A stretch of 64,000 bases of DNA from Chthoniobacterales bacterium (GCA_036270055.1 DATBDG010000155.1:13863-77862); one strand, 5' to 3'; shown: positions 49,452-60,265, numbered from the stretch's first letter. Notes: generated by a model not told the origin, from the letters alone. A program made the numbers and translations.

Positions 49452-49570
49452 GTTTTTTCTTTCTTGTTGGTGATTTGGAAAGTCCTCCATCTCAAGGGCA
49501 TGGCGACGTGTCAAGCACCGAGAAAAATTGATTTGATCGCCCGCCAGACGATCCGGAGCCGAATCTCCGC

Positions 49571-50755
49571 CTAACGATTCGGGGCGCGCGGCTCGCGATG
49601 GGCGAGCTTGAGCGGCTTCGCTTCCTTCAGAACATGGCGCGCGATCACGAGCCGTTGCACCTGCGAGGTGCCCTCGCCGATCTCGCAGAGTTTCGCGTCG
49701 CGCAGATATCGCTCGATCGGGAGGTCGCGGCTGTAGCCGTAGCCGCCGTGGATCTGCATCGAGCGATCGCAGATCCGGACCGCCGACTCCGAGGCCATCA
49801 ACTTCGCCATGGCTGATTCCTTGGTCGTGTTCTCGCCCTGGTCCTGGAGAAAGGCGGCGTGCATCGTCATCACTTCAGCCGCTTCCAGTTCCATCGCGCT
49901 ATCGACCAGCATCCATTGCACGGCCTGGAAATCGCCGATCGCGTGCCCGAATTGCTTGCGCTCATTGGCGTAGGAATTCGCGCGCTCGAAGGCTGCTTCC
50001 GCGATCCCGACGGCGAGCGCGGCGATCCCGATGCGGCCGCGATCGAGCACCGTCAGCGCCTGTTCGCGACCGCGGCCCCGTTCGCCTAACAATTCCCCCT
50101 GCGCGTTTTCAAAACGCAGCTCGGCCGTGTCGCTCGCCCGCATTCCGTAAGTGTGAATCTTTCGTATCGGCGTGACCTGGTCCTTCATCAGAATGAAGGC
50201 ACTGATTTCGTTTTTCCCTTTGTCGGTCTGGCCGGTCGTCGCCATGACGACGACGAGATCGGCCGTCCGCCCGCTGGTGATGAATTTCTTCAGCCCGTTG
50301 ATCCGCCATCCGTCATTCTGTTCGGTCGCCTTGGTCTCAATCCCGCCGGTGTCGCTGCCCGCATTCGGCTCGGTCAGGGCCCAGGCACCGATCCATTCTC
50401 CACTCGTTAGGCGCGGGAGATATTTCTGTTTCTGCTCCTCCGTCCCGAAACGGTTGATCTGGCCGACGGCCAGCGCGTTGTGGGCCGCGATGTCCATCGA
50501 GAGCGCGGCGTAGGCTTTGCCCAGTTCCTTGATCGCGAGCGCTGCCGCCACATTGCTCATCCCACCGCCGCCGTACTTCTTCGGCGCGGCCATTCCCATC
50601 ATGCCGATCTCGCCGGCGCGGGTGAAAATTTCGCGCGGCAACTTTTCGTCGTGATCCCATTGATCGGCGTGGGGCATCACTTCGTCGCGGGCAAAGGCAG
50701 TGACGCGATCGAGGAAGGCGCGTTCTTTGTCACTCAGCGGGTGTTCGAGAATCAT
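49571..50755 (-). CDS. Acyl-CoA dehydrogenase
   Basis: ATG at 50755 (MILEHPLSDKERAFL..). ..GAWALTEPNAGSD.., ..QIHGGYGYSRDLPIERYLRDAKLCEIGEGTSQVQ... The TAG stop lies inside a motif copy. Confidence 0.9.
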   Translation of the reverse strand: MILEHPLSDKERAFLDRVTAFARDEVMPHADQWDHDEKLPREIFTRAGEIGMMGMAAPKKYGGGGMSNVAAALAIKELGKAYAALSMDIAAHNALAVGQINRFGTEEQKQKYLPRLTSGEWIGAWALTEPNAGSDTGGIETKATEQNDGWRINGLKKFITSGRTADLVVVMATTGQTDKGKNEISAFILMKDQVTPIRKIHTYGMRASDTAELRFENAQGELLGERGRGREQALTVLDRGRIGIAALAVGIAEAAFERANSYANERKQFGHAIGDFQAVQWMLVDSAMELEAAEVMTMHAAFLQDQGENTTKESAMAKLMASESAVRICDRSMQIHGGYGYSRDLPIERYLRDAKLCEIGEGTSQVQRLVIARHVLKEAKPLKLAHREPRAPNR

Positions 50756-50831
50756 AGGCGTACGATGGTTAGGCCAGCGTAGCGCTCCCGGGTATTGGGA
50801 GCGAAAAGAAAAAGCGCGTGGCGCCACCTCC

Positions 50832-50986
50832 GGGGAGCACGGGCTGCTAGCCCGTCGTTCGGTGGAGCCTCCACCGAAACCGCACGCTGCGTTACGCGAT
50901 ACCCACCGCCCCATCCACGAGTTGCGCTCCGCGCAAACGCACCCGGCAGACTGCCGGATGCAACGGGCTAACAGCCCGTGCTCCCC
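50832..50986. repeat. 155-bp structured intergenic repeat, copy 1 (terminal inverted repeats GGGGAGCACGGGCTG../..CAGCCCGTGCTCCCC)
   Basis: Reverse complement of the copy at 54003..54155. Contains nested hairpins. Lies between two minus-strand genes. Confidence 0.7.
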
Positions 50987-51005
50987 GCAATCAGGCAGCG
51001 CCGCG

Positions 51006-52361
<1,356 letters not shown>

Positions 52362-52412
52362 GAGGGGAGAAACCTAATCATGGATTGGGGGATTGGGCAC
52401 GGAGGAATAACG

Positions 52413-52507
52413 ACAGGATTAACAGGATGGACAGGATTAGGATCGAGAATAGAGAGCGATCCCTGCTGGCCTTTTCTCAATCCCGTAAAATCCTGTCAAT
52501 CCTGTCC
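52413..52507. repeat. Inverted arrays of a 9-bp unit (ACAGGATTA x3 ... AATCCTGTC x2) in the divergent intergenic region
   Basis: ACAGGATTA / ACAGGATGG / ACAGGATTA at 52413-52439. AATCCTGTC AATCCTGTC at 52489-52506. Inner palindrome GGATCG..CGATCC. Located between the CoA-transferase (minus) and prpD (plus) starts. Confidence 0.55.
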
Positions 52508-52559
52508 AAAACAGCCCGGCTTGCCGCGCGGCGATTCGTCGCCAGATTGCAGGCTCTCT

Positions 52560-53954
52560 ATGTCCAAATCACTCGCTCATCGCCTCGCGGAATACGTCTG
52601 CTCGCTCCAGTTCGAAGATCTCGGCAAGAATGTCGTGCACGAGGTAAAACGGCGGGTGATCGACTCCTTTGGGTGCGCCCTCGGCGCCTGGCACGAAGAG
52701 CCGTGCGCGATCGCGCGAAAAGTCGCCTCCGATTTTTCGGCCAATAACGGCGCGACCGTCATCGGGACCGATCATCAGGCGCCGCCAGACTGGGCGGCTT
52801 TCGCGACAGGCTGCTGCATTCGCTATTTCGATTACAACGACACCTATCTTTCGAAAGAACCGGCGCACCCGAGCGATAACATCGCCGCCGTCCTCGCCGT
52901 CGGTGAAAGCGTCGGGGCGAGCGGGAAAGCGATGATCCTCGCGACCGCGATTGCCTACGAAGTGCAATGCCGGTTCTGCGACGCCGCCAGCATTCGATCG
53001 CGCGGCTGGGACCACCCGACCTACGGCGCATTCTCGACCGCCCTCGCATGCGCGAAGCTGATGCAGCTCGACCCGGAACGGACCCGTCATGCGATCAACA
53101 TCGCCGGGGTGCATTGCGCCGCTTTCCGGCAGGCGCGCGTGGGCGAGCTGTCGCATTGGAAGGGCGTCGCCTTTGCGAATGCGGCGCGCCTTGGGGTTTA
53201 CGCCGCGCTTCTCGCCCGCGCCGGCATGACCGGTCCGGCCCCGATCTTCGAGGGCGCGATGGGTTTCGAGAAAGAGCTTGGGGTCTCGTTAGGCAAGGTC
53301 GGCGAGGTTTTCGACAAATCGCAGGAAGCCGTCCCGGGTGAAGGCCCGGCCTCGATGATCCTGAAAACGAGCATCAAATACTGGCCGGCGGAATACCATA
53401 GCCAGAGTGCGATCGAAGCCGCGCTCTTCCTGCGCCAGCAAATCGGCGATCCCTCTCAGATCCGGTCGGTCCGGATCGAGAGCCACGACGCCTCGGTCGA
53501 CATCATTGGGAGTGAGCCGGAGAAGTGGAAACCGGAAACGCGCGAGACCGCGGACCACAGTCTGCCTTACATCACCGCGATCGCGCTCCTCGATGGCGAA
53601 GTAACGGAGAAACAATTCCAGCCCGAGCGTTTCACGGACCCGAAGATCTGGAAATTCCTCGAGGAGGTGACGGTGCAGCGGGACGACGAGCTGAGCGCGC
53701 TTTACGCCAAGGCCGTGGCGAACATCGTGCACGTCACGCTGCATGACGACCGCACCTTCACCAAGCGGGTCGATTATCCGTTAGGCAATGCGCTCAACCC
53801 GGTGAGCGATGAACAACTCGAAGGCAAATTCAACTCTCTCGTCGTGCCGGAACTGGGCGAAGCCGGCGCGCGCAAGCTCCTCGACGTTGCGTGGAAACTG
53901 GAGGAAGCGCCCGATCCCAGCGAGTTGATGGAGCTGGCCAGGATGCCGGCATGA
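52560..53954 (+). CDS. prpD: MmgE/PrpD family protein (2-methylcitrate dehydratase)
   Basis: ATG at 52560 (MSKSLAHRLAEYVCSLQFEDL..VVHEVKRRVIDSFGCALGA..). Full-length PrpD architecture. Sits in the prp locus. Confidence 0.85.
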   Translation: MSKSLAHRLAEYVCSLQFEDLGKNVVHEVKRRVIDSFGCALGAWHEEPCAIARKVASDFSANNGATVIGTDHQAPPDWAAFATGCCIRYFDYNDTYLSKEPAHPSDNIAAVLAVGESVGASGKAMILATAIAYEVQCRFCDAASIRSRGWDHPTYGAFSTALACAKLMQLDPERTRHAINIAGVHCAAFRQARVGELSHWKGVAFANAARLGVYAALLARAGMTGPAPIFEGAMGFEKELGVSLGKVGEVFDKSQEAVPGEGPASMILKTSIKYWPAEYHSQSAIEAALFLRQQIGDPSQIRSVRIESHDASVDIIGSEPEKWKPETRETADHSLPYITAIALLDGEVTEKQFQPERFTDPKIWKFLEEVTVQRDDELSALYAKAVANIVHVTLHDDRTFTKRVDYPLGNALNPVSDEQLEGKFNSLVVPELGEAGARKLLDVAWKLEEAPDPSELMELARMPA

Positions 53955-54002
53955 CGACACATCTACCGGACTCATTTTGCGGTGCGGGTGGCGGCAGATT
54001 CC

Positions 54003-54155
54003 GGGGAGAACGGGCTGTCAGCCCGTCGCATCCGGCAGGTTGCCGGATGCATTTGCGCGCAGCGCCTCGTGCCAGGAACCTTCCCGGATTGCGTCACTCC
54101 GCGTGATGTTCGGCGCAGACTGCACCGAACGACGGGCTAACAGCCCGTGCTCCCC
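54003..54155. repeat. 155-bp structured intergenic repeat, copy 2
   Basis: GGGGAGAACGGGCTGTCAGCCCGTCGCATCCGGCAGGTTGCCGGATGC....GTTCGGCGCAGACTGCACCGAACGACGGGCTAACAGCCCGTGCTCCCC. Reverse complement of 50832..50986. Lies between prpD and prpB. Confidence 0.7.
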
Positions 54156-54200
54156 GGATTTCCTTGCAGCAACTTCGAACCAAAGAAGCTAATCTCCATC

Positions 54201-55082
54201 ATGGCTGAGCAGACGAAGACATCGAAACTCCGGAGCCTAATCGCGAAGGGTATTGTCGCGCTGCCGGGCGTGCCGAACGCCTCCATGGCGCGACAGGTTG
54301 AGCGGGCCGGTTTCGATGGGGTTTACATCAGCGGCGCGGGACTCGCCAACTGCACCGCCGGCTTGCCCGATGTCGGACTCCTGACCTTGAACGAAGTCGC
54401 GATGCTCGCCGGGTTCATCGCCAAGGCGGTGACAATTCCCGCGATCGTGGATGCCGACACGGGATTTGGCGGTGCCGAAAACGTCGGGCGGACTGTCTAC
54501 GAGCTGGAGCGCGCCGGGTTGGCTGGCTGCCATCTTGAAGACCAGGAATTTCCGAAACGCTGCGGTCATCTCGCGGGCAAACGCCTGGTGGGAACCGACG
54601 AGATGACGGCGAAGATTCGCGCCGCGGTGGCGGCAAAAGCCGATCCGGATTTTCTTCTCATCGCGCGGACCGATTCGCGTGCGCTGGAAAATTTCGACGG
54701 CGCCGTGCAGCGTGCCAACGCCTACGTCGCCGCCGGGGCGGACGCGATATTTCCTGAGGCGCTCCAGACAAAGGAAGAGTTCCGCGATTTCGCGCGGGAA
54801 GTGAAAGTGCCGCTGCTCGCGAACATGACCGAGTTTGGCAAAAGCCCGTCGCTCAACGTGCGGGAGCTGAGCGAGCTTGGTTATCGGTTGGTGATCTTTC
54901 CGCAAAGCGCGTTTCGTGTTTCGATGAAAACGACCGGGGAATTTTTCCGCGCGCTGAAAGAGGCGGGCACGCCCGACGAATGGCTCGACCGGATGCAGAC
55001 GCGGAAGGAACTTTACGAGATGCTCGAGTACGATCCGGCGGCGGAGAGCTGGCCGGGTTATGAAGCGGCGAAAGAGAAATAA
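54201..55082 (+). CDS. prpB: Methylisocitrate lyase (isocitrate lyase/PEP mutase family)
   Basis: ATG at 54201. ..VDADTGFGG.., ..HLEDQEFPKRCGHLAGK.. (K-[KR]-C-G-H signature), ..IARTDS... Confidence 0.88.
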   Translation: MAEQTKTSKLRSLIAKGIVALPGVPNASMARQVERAGFDGVYISGAGLANCTAGLPDVGLLTLNEVAMLAGFIAKAVTIPAIVDADTGFGGAENVGRTVYELERAGLAGCHLEDQEFPKRCGHLAGKRLVGTDEMTAKIRAAVAAKADPDFLLIARTDSRALENFDGAVQRANAYVAAGADAIFPEALQTKEEFRDFAREVKVPLLANMTEFGKSPSLNVRELSELGYRLVIFPQSAFRVSMKTTGEFFRALKEAGTPDEWLDRMQTRKELYEMLEYDPAAESWPGYEAAKEK

Positions 55083-55141
55083 ACGTCCAACGCTCCTCGC
55101 TCAATGAAGAGCGCGGAACGCGGCTCCTTTTCTGCAATTAG

Positions 55142-55176
55142 ACGTTGAACGTTGAACGTTGAGCGTTGGACGTTAA
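55142..55176. repeat. Tandem heptamer repeat (ACGTTGA x3, GCGTTGG, ACGTTAA)
   Basis: Five consecutive 7-bp units in the prpB-prpC spacer. 55161-55174 is the exact reverse complement of 55082-55095. Confidence 0.7.
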
Positions 55177-55203
55177 GAGTAACGACCAGACCGAAAAGAA
55201 ACT

Positions 55204-56346
55204 ATGAGCATCGAACCCAAACCAGCTTACAGCCCCGGCCTCGCCGGCGTCATCGCCGGAGAAACAGAGATCTGCTGGGTCGATCCCAACGCCGGCCTCA
55301 TGTATCGCGGCTACGACATTCACGAGATGGCCGAGAAAGCGAACTTCGAGGAAGTCGCTTACCTCCTCCTCCACGGCGAATTGCCGACGGCCGAGCAACG
55401 CGCAGAATTCTCCAGCGCGCTCGCGAAGGAGCGCCCTCTTCCCAAACAGGTCCTCGAAATGCTGCGGCTCCTGCCGAAGAAAACCCACCCGATGGACATG
55501 CTGCGGACCGGCGTTTCGATGCTTGCCCCGTTCGATCCGGAACTGAACGACAACTCGCACGACGCCAACATTCGCAAGGCCATCCGTTTGATTGCGAAAG
55601 TCTCGACCCTGATCGCGGACGGTTTTCGCATCCAGCGCGGCGAAGATCCGCTCCCAGAGCGGCCCGACCTGACTCTGGCGGGAAATCTTTTTTACAAACT
55701 CGAGGGCGAAGTTCCGCCTTCGTGGAAGATCCGGATGATGGACACAATTTTCATCCTTTACGCCGATCACGAGTTCAACGCCTCGACCTTCGCGGCCCGC
55801 GTCACCGCTTCGACCCTGGCCGACATGTATGCCGCCGTCACGAGCGCCTGCGGCACGCTCAAGGGTCCGCTGCATGGCGGCGCTAACGAGGAGTCGATGA
55901 AGATGCTCGACGACATCAAAACGCCCGACCGGGCGGAAAAATGGATGATGGATGCGCTCGCCAGGAAAGCCAAAATCATGGGCTTCGGCCATCGCGTTTA
56001 CAAAAAAGGCGATTCGCGGGTGCCGATCATGCGCGAGATCGCGCGCGATCTGGGCGAGCGGGTTGGGAAAAAAGATTGGGTGCCGATTTGCGAAAAGCTC
56101 GAAGCGACGATGGAACGCGAGAAACATCTCTGCGCCAACGTCGATCTCTACGCCGCGCCCGTTTTCACGATGCTGGAATTTCCGCCGGAGTTGAACACGC
56201 CGATTTTCGCCGCTTCGCGCGTCGCCGGCTGGTGCGCGCACGTCGTCGAGCAACAGGACAACAACCGATTGATTCGTCCGCGCTCGCTTTACACCGGCCC
56301 GGAGGCGCGGCCCTACACCGGTTCACCCAACGGCGCCGGAGCCTAG
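55204..56346 (+). CDS. prpC: 2-methylcitrate synthase / citrate synthase family
   Basis: 380 aa. ..ILYADHEFNASTFAARV..GPLHGGANE..GFGHRVYK..D.R.. citrate synthase motifs. Functional call is from locus context. Confidence 0.88.
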   Translation: MSIEPKPAYSPGLAGVIAGETEICWVDPNAGLMYRGYDIHEMAEKANFEEVAYLLLHGELPTAEQRAEFSSALAKERPLPKQVLEMLRLLPKKTHPMDMLRTGVSMLAPFDPELNDNSHDANIRKAIRLIAKVSTLIADGFRIQRGEDPLPERPDLTLAGNLFYKLEGEVPPSWKIRMMDTIFILYADHEFNASTFAARVTASTLADMYAAVTSACGTLKGPLHGGANEESMKMLDDIKTPDRAEKWMMDALARKAKIMGFGHRVYKKGDSRVPIMREIARDLGERVGKKDWVPICEKLEATMEREKHLCANVDLYAAPVFTMLEFPPELNTPIFAASRVAGWCAHVVEQQDNNRLIRPRSLYTGPEARPYTGSPNGAGA

Positions 56347-56404
56347 CGCGCGCCTCTTGCTTGCGCGGACAAAACGAGCAAGCTGGGAGCTCGCTCTGCC
56401 TTTT

Positions 56405-56869
56405 ATGGATCCACAATCACTCCAGGAAAAATACGCGCCTAACAATGCCTGCTGGGGCTGCGGTCCGGCCAATGCCGAAGGCTTGCGCATCCGCAGTTTT
56501 GCGGAGGGCGACGCGGTCGTGGCGGAATGGAACCCGGAGCCGAAGTATGAAGCCTTCCCCGGCGTTCTCAACGGCGGAATCATCGGCACGCTGCTCGATT
56601 GCCACTGCAACTGGACCGCCGCTTATCATCTCATGAAACAGGCGGGCGAAGACCGCGTGCCCTGCACGGTGACTGCGGATTACGCGATCAAGCTCCTCCG
56701 TCCGACCCCGACCCATGACTCGGTTCATCTTTCCGCCAAAGTGGTGGAATCGACCGGCGACCGCGCCACGGTCGAGGGCACCCTGACGGCGGGCGGAAAA
56801 GTCTGCGCGACCTGCCGCGGGACATTCGTGGCGGTAAAGGAAGGCCATCCCGCCTATCATCGCTGGTAG
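56405..56869 (+). CDS. PaaI-family (hotdog fold) thioesterase
   Basis: ATG at 56405. ..CWGCGPANAEGLRIR..PGVLNGGIIGTLLDCHCNW..GTLTAGGKVCATCRGTFV... Confidence 0.75.
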   Translation: MDPQSLQEKYAPNNACWGCGPANAEGLRIRSFAEGDAVVAEWNPEPKYEAFPGVLNGGIIGTLLDCHCNWTAAYHLMKQAGEDRVPCTVTADYAIKLLRPTPTHDSVHLSAKVVESTGDRATVEGTLTAGGKVCATCRGTFVAVKEGHPAYHRW

Positions 56870-57191
56870 GCACGCGCGGCCCGCGCTGTGGGCGCTCGCT
56901 CTGCGAAGGGGGAGAGAGACCTCACAATCGCAATCAACGCATTCCGCAGAGAGAGCACGTGGATTGCATTTCTGAGGTTCTTCGCCCCGAAAAGCTTTCG
57001 GGGCTCAGGATGACAAGCGAGGAAGAGGCCGATTTCGGGGGAGTTCGATAACTACGGAGAAACAGGGCGAGCTGGGAAATCCTTCGTCCACTCCATTGAT
57101 TTGGCGGCACGTTCAGGCACTTCCGCCCGGGGGAATTCGATGCCCGAATTCCGTCGATGCGCGGTCTAGCGTGGCGTGATTATGGTGCGGC

Positions 57192-57659
57192 ATGCAAAAA
57201 TCAAACTTTCGAATCGTGCCGCTGGCGACCGAAGTCGCGGAAGCGGCGCGCACCCGGGCGCGAGAGGGCGCGCCTGATCATGCCTGCGTCACGGTCGATG
57301 CGCCGACGGGTTATCCTTGCCGGCATTGTTTGCGCTGGGCGCAACCGGACGAGCAGGTCGTTTTGTTCCCCTATGCGTCGATCCCGGCGGGCCGTCCCTA
57401 TGCCGAGAGCGGACCGATCTTCGTTCATGCGGAATCCTGCCCGCGCTATGAGGCGACGGACGAGTATCCGGCGGATTTTCGCAACGGCCGGGTGATTCGC
57501 GCCTACAACTCACAACAGGAGATGATCGCGGCCGAAGCGGCCCCAAATGGCGACGCCGAAACGGTCATTGAAAAGCTGCTCCACAACCCGGAAACTGAAT
57601 TTCTACAGGCCCGCAGCGCCGACCGCGGCTGCTACACCTTCGCCATCCAACGCGCATGA
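57192..57659 (+). CDS. DUF1203 domain protein
   Basis: ..GYPCRHCLRWAQPDEQVVLFPY..PYAESGPIFVHAESC.. is characteristic of DUF1203. ATGA overlap with ada at 57656-57659. Confidence 0.75.
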   Translation: MQKSNFRIVPLATEVAEAARTRAREGAPDHACVTVDAPTGYPCRHCLRWAQPDEQVVLFPYASIPAGRPYAESGPIFVHAESCPRYEATDEYPADFRNGRVIRAYNSQQEMIAAEAAPNGDAETVIEKLLHNPETEFLQARSADRGCYTFAIQRA

Positions 57660-58717
57660 AAACGCTCGAACTCCTTCCGCCTAACGACACCATGTACCAG
57701 GCCCTGGTCGAGAGCGACCCGAGCTTTGAAGGTATTTTCCTCGTCGGGGTCCGCACCACCGGGATCTTCTGTCGTCCGACCTGTAGCGCGAAAAAACCGG
57801 CGCGGCAGAACGTCGAATTCTTCCCTTCGCCTAACGAGGCCTTGATCGGTGGTTATCGGCCCTGTTTGCGTTGTCACCCGATGGATCCGGCGCGTCCCGC
57901 GCCGGAATTGATCGAGCGGCTGCGGGCCGAAGTGGAGAAAGCGCCCGATGGGCGGCTGACCGACAAGGAGCTGGCCTCGCTCGCGATCGATCCTTCGACC
58001 GCGCGGCGCCAGTTCAAGCGCTACTACGGGATGAGCTTCCAGGCCTATCACCGGGCGCGCCGGATGGGCCTCGCCCTGCGCAACGTGCGCCGCGGCGAAC
58101 GCGTCGAGGAGGCGCGCAACGGGAGCGGCTTCAGCTCTGAGAGCGGATTCCGCGAAGCTTTCGCCAAGATCTTCGGCGACCCACCGACAACCGCCAAACG
58201 GCATGACTGCCTTTTCGCCGAACGCCTAACGACTCCGCTCGGCACCATGCTGGCGGTGGCGGATGACGAAGGTCTGCGCCTGCTGGAATTCGGCGATCGC
58301 CGCGCCTTGGAACGCGAGTTGCCGATTCTGCGCCAGCGTCTCGGGAAAAGCGTCGTCCCGGGGGAGCATCCACATCTCACCGCGACGCGAAAACAACTGG
58401 CCGATTATTTTGCCGGGAAGAATCTCGAATTCGACATTCCGCTCGCGCCCGTCGGCTCGGAGTTTCAGCGCCGCGCCTGGGAAGTCCTGCGCTCGGTTCC
58501 ACTCGGGGAAACGCGCTCCTACTCCTGGATGGCAGAGCAGCTTGGTGACCCCGGCGCGCGCCGCGCGGTCGGGCGCGCCAACGGCCTGAACATGATGGCG
58601 ATCATCATTCCCTGTCACCGCGTCATCCGGGCCGACGGCACCCTCTGCGGCTACGGCGGCGGGCTCTGGCGCAAGAAGTGGCTCCTCGAGCACGAACGAA
58701 AGTTCGTTAGGGCGTAA
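57656..58717 (+). CDS. ada: Bifunctional Ada-type regulator / O6-methylguanine-DNA methyltransferase (Ada Zn domain, AraC HTH, MGMT)
   Basis: N-terminus ..GIFCRPTCSAKKPARQNVEFF..GYRPCLRCHP. (Ada zinc site). Central AraC-type HTH. C-terminus ..IIIPCHRVIRADGTLCGYGGGLWRKKWLLEHE (PCHR active site). Confidence 0.88.
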   Translation: MKTLELLPPNDTMYQALVESDPSFEGIFLVGVRTTGIFCRPTCSAKKPARQNVEFFPSPNEALIGGYRPCLRCHPMDPARPAPELIERLRAEVEKAPDGRLTDKELASLAIDPSTARRQFKRYYGMSFQAYHRARRMGLALRNVRRGERVEEARNGSGFSSESGFREAFAKIFGDPPTTAKRHDCLFAERLTTPLGTMLAVADDEGLRLLEFGDRRALERELPILRQRLGKSVVPGEHPHLTATRKQLADYFAGKNLEFDIPLAPVGSEFQRRAWEVLRSVPLGETRSYSWMAEQLGDPGARRAVGRANGLNMMAIIIPCHRVIRADGTLCGYGGGLWRKKWLLEHERKFVRA

Positions 58718-59690
58718 GGACGGCAGCGCCGCTCAGGTTACCGCTCCGCAGCGCCTCGAGCGCTTCGTTCGCCTCCTCGAGCGGAAAAGTGCGCGTCTCG
58801 GTCCGCACCGGCACCTGCGGCGCGAGGGCGAGGAATTCTTCCCCATCGCGCCGGGTGAGATTCGCGACCGAACAAATCGTCCGTTCCTGCCAAAGATCGC
58901 GATAGGGAAAAGACGGAATGTCGCTCATGTGGATCCCGCCGCAGACCACGGTGCCGCCCCGCTCCAGCACCCGCAGTGCCGCCGGGACGAGTGGACCGAC
59001 CGGCGCGAAGATGATGGCTGCATCGAGAGGCTGGGGCGGAGTTTCATCCGAGCCGCCCGCCCATTCTGCGCCGAGGCGGCGGGCGGACTCTTGGGCGGTG
59101 GTGTCGCCTGGCGAGGTGAAGGCGAAGATTTCGCGCCCCTGATGTCGCGCGACCTGCGCGATGATGTGGGCCGCGGCGCCGAAGCCGTAGATTCCAAGCC
59201 GTTGCGCGTCGCCTGCTTTACGCAGACAGCGATAACCAATGAGCCCCGCGCATAACAACGGCGCCGTGGCCACATCGCCGTCGCTCTCGGTAACGCGAAA
59301 GCAGAATCTGGCATCCGCGACCGTTAATTCGGCATAGCCGCCGTCGATCGTGTAGCCGGTGAAGCGCGCGAACGGACAAAGATTCTCACGTTCCGACTCG
59401 CAGAATTTGCATTCGCCGCAGGTCCAGCCGAGCCAGGGAATTCCCACCCGCTGGCCGACCTCAAATCCCTCCACTTGCGGCCCGAGCCCTTCAATCCGCC
59501 CAACAATTTCGTGTCCGAGAATGAGCGGCAGTTTCGGATCTGGCAACTCGCCGTCGAGCACGTGCAGATCGGTGCGACAGAGCGCGCACGCTCCGATTCG
59601 TACCAGCACCTGGCCGGCTTTCGGCTCTGGCCGGGGCAACTCTTTGCTCACCAGCCGCCGACGAGGCGATTCCAAAACCATCGCGCGCAT
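58707..59690 (-). CDS. Zinc-dependent alcohol dehydrogenase (MDR family)
   Basis: MRAMVLE..GACALCRTDLHV..GHEIVG..CGECKFCESERENLC..GFGAAAH... The TAA stop lies in a motif copy. Confidence 0.88.
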   Translation of the reverse strand: MRAMVLESPRRRLVSKELPRPEPKAGQVLVRIGACALCRTDLHVLDGELPDPKLPLILGHEIVGRIEGLGPQVEGFEVGQRVGIPWLGWTCGECKFCESERENLCPFARFTGYTIDGGYAELTVADARFCFRVTESDGDVATAPLLCAGLIGYRCLRKAGDAQRLGIYGFGAAAHIIAQVARHQGREIFAFTSPGDTTAQESARRLGAEWAGGSDETPPQPLDAAIIFAPVGPLVPAALRVLERGGTVVCGGIHMSDIPSFPYRDLWQERTICSVANLTRRDGEEFLALAPQVPVRTETRTFPLEEANEALEALRSGNLSGAAVLTP

Positions 59691-59749
59691 CGGGATGATT
59701 AAACGCGATCCAACCTTTTTGAAACCCACCGGCCGCGAGCTGAACGGAG

Positions 59750-59823
59750 CGCGCCCAGGAGGACTCGAACCTCCGACCGTCGGATTAGAAATCCGATGCT
59801 CTATCCGGCTGAGCTATGGGCGC
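59750..59823 (-). tRNA. tRNA-Arg (anticodon TCT)
   Basis: Minus strand GCGCCCATAGCTCAGCCGGATAGAGCATCGGATTTCTAATCCGACGGTCGGAGGTTCGAGTCCTCCTGGGCGCG. Canonical cloverleaf with anticodon loop TTTCTAA. No encoded CCA. Confidence 0.9.
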
Positions 59824-59942
59824 TGTGCGACGGCACAGTAATCGCGCCACGCAGCACCGCAATGCTTGCCGGACGCCCTTGCGACACCTGACCTCCCTGC
59901 AACCGAGCGGCCGCCGTTACACCGCCGACTGAGGAATCGCGA

Positions 59943-60161
59943 CTAATCGCGGATGCCGTTTTTTAGCTCCCAGACCTTGAGCGCGGCCAGGAGCAGGCTC
60001 TTGGTTCGCGAAAGGGTGCCGACGGCAGGACGGATGGCTTCGTCGCCCGGGGTCGTCGGGGCCTTGGCGCGGCGTCGGGCGGGTTTGGCACGCCTTTTCG
60101 GGCGCGGACGCACCGCCGCTTCGCTTTTCGAGAGGTGCCCGCTCGGATTTAACGGTGTCAT
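59943..60161 (-). CDS. Small basic hypothetical protein (72 aa), weakly supported
   Basis: ATG at 60161 (MTPLNPSGHLSKSEAAVRPRPKRRAKPARRRAKAPTTPG..). No homology recognised. Could be non-coding. Confidence 0.3.
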   Translation of the reverse strand: MTPLNPSGHLSKSEAAVRPRPKRRAKPARRRAKAPTTPGDEAIRPAVGTLSRTKSLLLAALKVWELKNGIRD

Positions 60162-60265
60162 AGTTGCCAGCCCTAAAGAGCAGCTTCCCTGCCAGCTTCG
60201 TCCGCCGCCGGTTTCGCCGGAAAAGCGCTTGTGCCTCTGCGGTTCTTCGGCGATTTCATCCCGGC

